Part shown: positions 19,014-24,949 of the stretch, one piece after another
How the letters are laid out: every line of letters begins with the position of its first letter
Numbering within the stretch: position 1 is the first letter of the stretch
NCBI RefSeq assembly: GCF_900232105.1
Contig: NZ_LT934425.1
Span: 3,060,001 to 3,092,000, forward strand
Source: Candidatus Kuenenia stuttgartensis
GTDB taxonomy: Bacteria; Planctomycetota; Brocadiia; Brocadiales; Brocadiaceae
Length of the DNA stretch: 32,000 nt
Direction: 5' to 3'
Position numbers and translations under genes: made by a program
Notes under the pieces: model-generated
The model's input: the letters and a program-made list of their open reading frames with translations, nothing else
Database searches by the model: none
Told to the model about the DNA's origin: nothing

Positions 19014-20408
19014 TCATTTCTTGATTGTCCGTAAATGCTTCCATCCAGTCAAGTGAGCCTGTATCTTAGGTTCTAAAAGTTCCTTGACTTTTTCATCGGA
19101 AAATCCAATGATTCCCAATAAGTACAACTCAAATATCATTGTCAATACATAAATAATGGAAGGCAACTCTTCTTTTTGGAAAGTCAATTTCCGTTCGTTG
19201 TGATGCACAAATTCATTTCTCGTGTTAGTAACTCTTTTAGCAAAAAGTTCCATATCATCAACAAATCGTCCAGAGGTCTCTTTTTTATTATCAAGAAGTT
19301 CAAAGATTTTTTGTCGAAATCTTTTGTAGTTCGCGTTACTCAATGCGCCTTCCACCCATTCAGTTAATTCAGCAGGAACAGCGCTCAGCACTCTCTCCTT
19401 TTGCTCAACAAATTTATCGTGCGATAAATATTGACCATCAAACAAAATACTGTGCAAAGACTCTAGCGACTGAGCGATATTTAGAAATTTTGTATCAATA
19501 AACAATCGGTTGCTATAGAATAACGAGCGATATAAATGAATTATCGTTTCGTATTTATCAAAGGATGTAAACCATGCAGAGATTTGGTCTCCTGATAAAT
19601 CCTTGAAGGTATATAAAAATTCCTGCGGCAATTTTTGTTTTCTGCTTACAATCGGCTCTATAGGCGTATAGAAGATATTTATTTCTGGATAATGTATCTT
19701 GCCTTCGCCGAGTTCTTGTGGGTTCTCCTTTGAAAAGCCAAACACAGACATAGGATAAGGTATCCTTTGGATTGCAAATTGAAGTAAATACGCGAATATA
19801 TTTAATTGTTTGAATAAATCATCAAATTGAATATCGCCATTTTTGCTTTTTACGACAAGATACGCGCTCTGAGAAATTGTCACTTCAGTTTGTATTATAG
19901 TGTGGTTTGGACCACGACTCGAAAAACCTATGCCAACCTCGAAAGTTTCTCCAACATCGAAAAATTGCGACATAGGTTTTTCATATCTTATTTTTGAGAC
20001 AAATTTGCTGTCAGCAGTATCCACTTCAATTGCAAATCCATAAATATCTACCCAAGCGTCTAAATCTGTGTAACTACCACATAATTGATTAAATCTAATT
20101 TTTTCTTCTGCCTCAAAATGCACCCCTTCAAAAACAAAGTGCACCAAGTATTTACCTCCGCCTAATCCAACCAGCGGATAAGCCCAAGAACTGATAATGC
20201 ACTTGTATAAAGTAATAGATTTTCCCTGTTGAGTAACCCCAAGAATAATAGGCAATTGTTGTATTGGTTCTAGTTTTTTTGAATCAAACACTCCTACCAG
20301 TTCAAGATCGGCACCATCTTCTTGAGAATAAGTTAGTGTTCCAGGCAATTTATTCTCTTCTGAGTCGGGGAGCCACCAGTATCCTTTCAATTCAAATGGA
20401 CTTTGCAT
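19014..20408 (-). CDS. ApeA-like protein: ApeA-type N-terminal domain plus C-terminal HEPN domain (candidate anti-phage/abortive-infection RNase)
   Basis: The 464-aa ORF has an N-terminus (FELKGYWWLPDSEENKLPGTLTYSQEDGADLELVG) matching the hallmark G.WWLP...G.L start of ApeA N-terminal domains. The C-terminal alpha-helical region carries an Rx4H motif (TRNEFVHH). Confidence 0.6.
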   Translation of the reverse strand: MQSPFELKGYWWLPDSEENKLPGTLTYSQEDGADLELVGVFDSKKLEPIQQLPIILGVTQQGKSITLYKCIISSWAYPLVGLGGGKYLVHFVFEGVHFEAEEKIRFNQLCGSYTDLDAWVDIYGFAIEVDTADSKFVSKIRYEKPMSQFFDVGETFEVGIGFSSRGPNHTIIQTEVTISQSAYLVVKSKNGDIQFDDLFKQLNIFAYLLQFAIQRIPYPMSVFGFSKENPQELGEGKIHYPEINIFYTPIEPIVSRKQKLPQEFLYTFKDLSGDQISAWFTSFDKYETIIHLYRSLFYSNRLFIDTKFLNIAQSLESLHSILFDGQYLSHDKFVEQKERVLSAVPAELTEWVEGALSNANYKRFRQKIFELLDNKKETSGRFVDDMELFAKRVTNTRNEFVHHNERKLTFQKEELPSIIYVLTMIFELYLLGIIGFSDEKVKELLEPKIQAHLTGWKHLRTIKK

Positions 20409-20494
20409 TATTTCTCCGCTTACTATGAATCAAACTTTATCTGCAATGATTTTACTTGTTGATCTAAAAAATGAGATTATTGTGCAAGAAGGGG

Positions 20495-20738
20495 GTCGAA
20501 CAATGATTATACAATCTGTATAAAACGGCAAATACAGACTGTTTCAGTATATATAAGAAGTTGCCGTATCTTCTTATAACGCATTGTAACTTATTTCTTA
20601 TAAAGCTTTTGTGTATTTTTTTGCTTTTGTTCATTCCGGTTTATACAGTCTGTATAAACCAACCTACAACCTATCGACTGGACTTCGGACACCGTGACCA
20701 CCTTTGTTCAAGACATGGGTGTAGATCATCGTCATACT
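20495..20738 (-). repeat. type-B cassette-boundary repeat (copy R2) with an integrase C-terminus relic and a GTTCGAC core
   Basis: It is near-identical to 24706-24949. Minus strand 20735-20664 translates to MTMIYTHVLNKGGHGVRSPVDRL*. It contains two copies of the palindrome TTATACAG(A/T)CTGTATAA and the hairpin TATAAGAAG-ATACGGCAA-CTTCTTATA, and ends ...ATAATCATT GTTCGAC. Confidence 0.75.
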
Positions 20739-20853
20739 CAGATATGATAGCAAGATAATAGAAAATTGTTTTTCCCATAAAATCGAGCACTAATAAAACA
20801 AAAATGAAGAAAATTTCAAGCTTTTTAATTTTTTCAGCAAAATAGACAAACAA

Positions 20854-20916
20854 AAAGAAGGGGATACTTCCCTTATTTTCTCACCAAATCAAGCAAGAAA
20901 TATGGGAGGTGTCCCC
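20854..20916. repeat. 63-bp hairpin repeat, copy 1
   Basis: AAAGAAGGGGATACTTCCCTTATTTTCTCACCAAATCAAGCAAGAAATATGGGAGGTGTCCCC. The arms GGGGATACTTCCC / GGGAGGTGTCCCC pair at 11 of 13 positions. The second copy is at 22739-22799. Confidence 0.6.
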
Positions 20917-20974
20917 GATTCACCAAAAACATTCAAATACCCGTATTTCAGCTTTAATAAGCATTACCAACGGT

Positions 20975-21120
20975 AGCTAACTGCGCTGGGATTTACTGGA
21001 GATGTACACGGTGCACGCGGTTGGAATCCTTCCCAGAAACACAATTGATAGAATAATTGATAAGGGATACCGCAGTAATCTGCCGGCATTTCCGTAACAA
21101 TGAGAGCCAGAGTGTTAAAC
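20975..21120 (-). other. attC-like cassette recombination site (146 bp) of the PanA/toxin cassette
   Basis: On the minus strand, GTTTAAC (a perfect RYYYAAC) lies 2 nt after the toxin stop, followed by ACTCTGG... The distal arm ...CCCAGCGCA ends in GTTAGCT. The arms are imperfectly complementary. Confidence 0.55.
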
Positions 21121-21122
21121 CC

Positions 21123-21557
21123 TCATGCGTTTAACATTTCTTTTATATTATTTTCCACAACTGGACTTGCAATAACAGCCTCACGAAGTTTTTCAACAAT
21201 TCCAATAGGCATTTCCGTCTTACATGCTAATTGTTTGCTTTTTAGAAGAGAAACTATTTCTTCAATGGTCTTTTTAATTACCGAGTTACAATCCACGACT
21301 GATTCTTTAGTAAAAATCGCATATTCGGCGTTGTCTATTTTTACCAAAGTATTAGGCATATGACGTCTACGCTTTATAGCTTTTTCGACTTGTGAGGTTG
21401 AATTAACCATGATTAGGAATTTGTCCTTTAGCGGGGCCTTATTCACAACTATAAAATAGTGTGGTTCCGGATTACAAAAGCTTTTTTCTGTAAAGTAGTA
21501 AACAGAACCGGGTTGTATTGTAGACTTGATTTGTATATCGGGCGGAATATCAATCAG
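21123..21557 (-). CDS. MazF/PemK-like toxin candidate, partner of the Panacea-domain antitoxin; start probably non-canonical
   Basis: The track ORF 21123-21446 starts at a GTG with no SD, but the frame is open up to 21578. The extension (..IQPGSVYYFTEKSFCNPEPHYFIVVNKAPLKDKFLIMVNSTSQ) supplies the MazF-like G.(I/V)....(F/L)...RP.(V/L)V(V/L)...(I/V).V.P.TS strands. GGGAG lies 7 nt upstream of the CTG at 21557. Confidence 0.5.
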   Translation of the reverse strand: MIDIPPDIQIKSTIQPGSVYYFTEKSFCNPEPHYFIVVNKAPLKDKFLIMVNSTSQVEKAIKRRRHMPNTLVKIDNAEYAIFTKESVVDCNSVIKKTIEEIVSLLKSKQLACKTEMPIGIVEKLREAVIASPVVENNIKEMLNA

Positions 21558-22191
21558 GAACTTGCTCCCATTGATTTTTCAGTTCCATTTGTTCTTTTAC
21601 ATAATTCAGCATTTCTTCTTTATCATCAGTATCCATAGCAAATAAGTCCTTACCTTCTAATGGGATTAACTGCTCGCTTCCGGACATGGCATCTTTAAAG
21701 AAATCTTCGTAATCCATGTTAAATACAGAACCAATACCTGACTCCAACCTCTTTTCAAACCTCTTCCATTCCGGATATGCGTGGGAAACTTCTGCAAGCT
21801 GAAATTTGTCAAGATGTCCGAAATATTTTATTGCAAACTCCAGCGCTTCAATATCAGAATCTGAGAAAACATTCATATCTACATCATGTATAGACTGAAT
21901 ATCATAAATACCTTGTTTTTCGATATATTGTCTATTATATTCACTCTCAATGGTGTCCAGAAAAGAGGTATTTTCAGCAATATCTTTCGTTTTAGAACCT
22001 ACCGGACCGTATTCCATTGCAACATATTCATCGTTGGTTACCGGTCGACCATATTTGCGCAAGTGGTACCTATCGGCAAAATAAATAAGCTTTATGGCCT
22101 TCATCTTATTTACCTTTCCGCCGGATATTTTTGCAAGGTAGTTCAGGGCTTGAGTAGCTTTTTTGAAATCAAAATTGAAATGGATACACAT
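21550..22191 (-). CDS. Panacea (DUF4065, SocA/GepA-like) domain antitoxin
   Basis: The 213-aa ORF (KMKAIKLIYFADRYHLRKYGRPVTNDEYVAMEYGPV) is the characteristic DUF4065 N-terminal core. It lies immediately upstream of, and overlaps, a toxin-like ORF. Confidence 0.7.
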   Translation of the reverse strand: MCIHFNFDFKKATQALNYLAKISGGKVNKMKAIKLIYFADRYHLRKYGRPVTNDEYVAMEYGPVGSKTKDIAENTSFLDTIESEYNRQYIEKQGIYDIQSIHDVDMNVFSDSDIEALEFAIKYFGHLDKFQLAEVSHAYPEWKRFEKRLESGIGSVFNMDYEDFFKDAMSGSEQLIPLEGKDLFAMDTDDKEEMLNYVKEQMELKNQWEQVPD

Positions 22192-22281
22192 ATATCAAAT
22201 CATGTTCTCGTGTAAATGGTGATAGGATAGAATTATAATGAAAATTCAGGATTTGTTTTGATTTATTATAGGTCATTTTTG

Positions 22282-22693
22282 GTAACTATTCAGCGTAAAC
22301 GATACACGGCTCGTTCCCAAACTCCAGTTTGGGAATGCATTTGTTCGAGAAACTCCGGTTTCTCGCCTATTTATTGATAGATAGGGAATAAAATCACAGG
22401 GTTAAGACAGTTTGTAATTTGTCAAGTCAGACCCTCACTGGAAACAAAGTTTCCAGTGCAATTACGTTCCCAAACTGGACAGACTGGGTCAAATGAACTT
22501 TGTTTTCTCAAAAGTGGGGATAACACCTCACATCTTGCCTGTTTTATACCCTATTTATTACTATTTTTCCATTAAAGTGGGGAATGCATATCGAGAAATA
22601 GGGTAAAATTGCCCATTTGACCCAGTCTGTGGAGTTTGGGAACGAGTTGCGCTCTTATCTCCGGTAGTTTAATAAATTACGCTGAATAGTTAC
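22282..22693. mobile_element. 412-bp non-autonomous element (MITE) with IS66-type ends and an 8-bp target duplication
   Basis: The termini are GTAACTATTCAGCGTAA (22282-22298) and TTACGCTGAATAGTTAC (22677-22693). A perfect direct repeat CATTTTTG flanks it at 22274-22281 and 22694-22701. The terminus matches the end of the IS66-family element at 31273 (GTATCTATTCAGCGTA). There is no ORF, and the interior is packed with perfect hairpins. Confidence 0.7.
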
Positions 22694-22738
22694 CATTTTT
22701 GAGATTTATCAATAATCTTGTTTTGGATAAAGAGGGAT

Positions 22739-22799
22739 AAAGAGGGGACACTTCCCTTATTTTTTCACCAAATCAAGCAAGAAATATGGGAGGTGTTCC
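22739..22799. repeat. hairpin repeat, copy 2
   Basis: AAAGAGGGGACACTTCCCTTATTTTTTCACCAAATCAAGCAAGAAATATGGGAGGTGTTCC aligns along its length with 20854-20916. Confidence 0.6.
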
Positions 22800-22964
22800 T
22801 ATAATTTCATTTCAAGATTTAATGCCCCATGAGGGGATTTTCCCTTGTAGCCTAAAATCACTCCAACTTGACTTGTCAATTCTTCATTTAACAAAATTCC
22901 AGTCCATTGTGTTTTTGTTAAGTCAGTCGCCATTATTCTCTTTTTTATTTGTTTGTCTACCGTA

Positions 22965-23093
22965 CATAACACGAGGCTGAGTTGCGGCGGGCCTAAGGAA
23001 GCACTGCACCAGCTAATTTAAAATAAGATCTGAGAGGGCACCAAACCCAGCCAACAAGCCGGAACCCGCGGTCAACTCCAGCCGATGTTATGT
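22965..23093 (-). other. attC-like cassette recombination site (129 bp) of the DUF433/PIN cassette
   Basis: The minus strand reads ACATAAC ATCGGCTGGAGTTGACCGCGGGTTCC ... GGCCCGCCGCAACTCAGCCTCG T GTTATGT, with long, imperfectly complementary arms. Confidence 0.6.
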
Positions 23094-23160
23094 GGTCGGA
23101 ACTGACCTCGCTTCTTGTGTCTCAATTTCAGAGTAAATATCTTACTATAATTACTATATC

Positions 23161-23493
23161 TTACAAAAATTCAAGATGATTTTTCATCTCATCTGATTCG
23201 AGTACTTGATAAATTAGCATGAGTCCTCTTACAATGTCGCCAATTGGAGTACGTTGGTGAGCATACACGATACCGCTGTGTTTAACACCTCTTGAATGTA
23301 GCTTCAGAAAATCCTCATCTTGCGTAAATATGACTCTTCTTTCTTTCATGGCAAAAGCTATATGTTCCTTATCATCTGCGCCCAACATCCCAGCTTCTTT
23401 TGTCGTCAAAGCATCCACGCCTCGAAGTCGCAATCCTTTCACAACAGAATTGGATACATGTTCGTCTGTATAAAACTTAAGCTTTTTACTCAT
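23161..23493 (-). CDS. DUF5615-type PIN-like (Mut7-C-like) toxin
   Basis: The 110-aa ORF (KFYTDEHVS..VVKGLRLRGVDALT...IFTQDEDF) fits the DUF5615 family that pairs with DUF433. It overlaps the upstream gene by 8 nt. Confidence 0.65.
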   Translation of the reverse strand: MSKKLKFYTDEHVSNSVVKGLRLRGVDALTTKEAGMLGADDKEHIAFAMKERRVIFTQDEDFLKLHSRGVKHSGIVYAHQRTPIGDIVRGLMLIYQVLESDEMKNHLEFL

Positions 23494-23788
23494 TTAATTT
23501 TTGCAATACTTTTGAAGGCGTTTTTTGACGTAATGCTTCCACAAAAGATTCACTCTCCTCAATCGATTTGTCAATTTCAGCGCGATGATCGTAGTAATAG
23601 GCCAAAGCAGCGTAAACATCGGCTAAAGTCAGATCATATTCAGCAGCAATTTCGTCTGCGCTACGTCCCAACAGTTCGTGCCAAAGAACAATATTTTGAA
23701 CGGTGATACGATGTCCAGCTATTCTCGGCTTACCACCGGTGATACCTTCGGTAATCTCGATGTGTCCATCTAAAGTTTTCGTAATCAT
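23486..23788 (-). CDS. DUF433-family antitoxin-like protein
   Basis: The 100-aa ORF (GITGGKPRIAGHRITVQNIVLWHELLGRSADEIAAEYDLTLADVYAALAYY) is the DUF433 signature. Confidence 0.7.
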   Translation of the reverse strand: MITKTLDGHIEITEGITGGKPRIAGHRITVQNIVLWHELLGRSADEIAAEYDLTLADVYAALAYYYDHRAEIDKSIEESESFVEALRQKTPSKVLQKLNE

Positions 23789-23914
23789 TTACTCCACCTC
23801 TCAATTAAAAATCCAAGAATCAGCACACAGAAAAATTTAACTACTTTAGTAAAGAATGGCAAGAAAATGTTCGGCTGACTACTATTTTATTTAGATGATC
23901 GCTGAATACCTGCC

Positions 23915-24190
23915 ACATAACAATGATTATACAGTCTGTATAAAACGGCAAAAACAGACTGTTTCGATATGTATAAGAAGTTGCCGTGCCTTCTTGTCAC
24001 ATATTGTAACTACTTTTCGCATTAAAATAAAAGAGTTGCGTATCATCATAAAAACTTTTCATTATTGAAATGATAAAGAACAGTTCGTAATTTTAGACAC
24101 CGTAACCTCCTTTGCTCAAAACATGGGTGTAGATCGTCGTTTTTACACCGTGATGGCTAAGGAGTTCCCATACGGTTTGAATATTTGATT
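23915..24190 (-). repeat. type-A cassette-boundary repeat (copy R3)
   Basis: It is a paralog of 17252-17526. Minus strand 24188-24093 translates to SNIQTVWELLSHHGVKTTIYTHVLSKGGYGV*. It ends ...ATAATCATT GTTATGT. Confidence 0.75.
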
Positions 24191-24406
24191 TTAAGCAAAT
24201 ATCAATCTTTCTCCCTTAGGCTCAGGTATGGGATCGCCAAACTCCTTAGCGGTATCAATCCATAATTGAATTGACTCTTTAGCATTTTTTAATGCTTTTT
24301 CAGGAGTTTCTCCATGAGCTATACAGCCAGGAAGTTCGGGCACTTCTGCTATAAACGCATTGTCTTCATTACTCCGGTAAATAATAATTTCGTATCTATA
24401 CATCAA
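24191..24406 (-). CDS. hicB: HicB-family antitoxin (second copy, intact)
   Basis: The 71-aa ORF differs from the 17527-17742 product at a few residues (W11R, H35P, A44S). Confidence 0.8.
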   Translation of the reverse strand: MMYRYEIIIYRSNEDNAFIAEVPELPGCIAHGETPEKALKNAKESIQLWIDTAKEFGDPIPEPKGERLIFA

Positions 24407-24637
24407 ATAGTCCCTCCGAGTTTATATTTTACTATAAAGTTTCTTACCTGTTTAACCTGATAAGGCTTTGCCTTATTACCCTCACGCTGAAGATTAATTT
24501 TTTCTATAACAGCTTTCTTTCTGAACATGTGATGGCTGCTTTTAACCCTCATGTCGAAAACCGAAATGTTTCAGCAGGCTGCATAAATCTTCAAATTGAA
24601 TATTTGCATCCGATGTTCCACAAAGAATCTTAAGCAA
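24403..24637 (-). pseudogene. hicA: hicA pseudogene (frameshifted copy)
   Basis: It aligns with 17739-17972 but has a 1-nt insertion (plus-strand GTCGAAAACCG versus GTCAAAACCG, about 24553-24563). No ORF of comparable length remains. Confidence 0.7.
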
Positions 24638-24705
24638 GAGCTTTTCGTGTTTACCCATTGATTCATTTTACCATTGATGTGGTGGTTATTTTATTATTTT
24701 TATAT

Positions 24706-24949
24706 GCCGAACAATGATTATACAGTCTGTATAAAACGGCAAATACAGACTGTTTCAGTATATATAAGAAGTTGCCGTATCTTCTTATAACGCATTGTAA
24801 CTTATTTCTTATAAAGCTTTTGTGTATTTTTTTGCTTTTGTTCATTCCGGTTTATACAGTCTGTATAAACCAACCTACAACCTATCGACTGGACTTTGGA
24901 CACCGTGACCACTTTTGTTCAAGACATGCGTGTAGATCATCGTCATACT
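24706..24949 (-). repeat. type-B cassette-boundary repeat (copy R4), outermost; possible attI-equivalent next to a decayed integrase
   Basis: It is a paralog of 20495-20738. Minus strand 24946-24875 translates to MTMIYTHVLNKSGHGVQSPVDRL*. It ends ...ATAATCATT GTTCGGC. Confidence 0.7.

Noticed and set aside
20561-20758. ORF 20561-20758 and its twin 24772-24963 (MPYLLITHCNLFLIKLLCIFLLLFIPVYTVCINQ...), conserved in two copies.
   Set aside because: The conservation is explained by their lying inside the type-B DNA repeat. They run antisense to the integrase relic, have odd composition and no SD.
20671-20853. ORF 20671-20853 (60 aa, hydrophobic N-terminal half) as a possible small membrane toxin in the ORF-less cassette.
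   Set aside because: Its 3' half overlaps the integrase relic in another frame, it has no SD, and it is AT-rich low-complexity sequence. I could not support it.
22300-22660. Repeated GTTCCCAAAC... units considered as a possible mini CRISPR array.
   Set aside because: The copies are in inverted rather than direct orientation, the spacing is irregular, there are only two or three units, and all lie inside a TSD-flanked MITE. No cas genes are in the window.
22786-22980. ORF 22786-22980 (+), 64 aa.
   Set aside because: It runs opposite to all the cassettes, spans the hairpin repeat and the attC-like core, and has no SD or motifs.
23890-23915. GATCGCTGAATACCTGCC resembles the IS66/MITE terminus ACGCTGAATAGTTACC.
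   Set aside because: The match is only about 9 contiguous bases, with no partner repeat or target duplication. It is likely chance.
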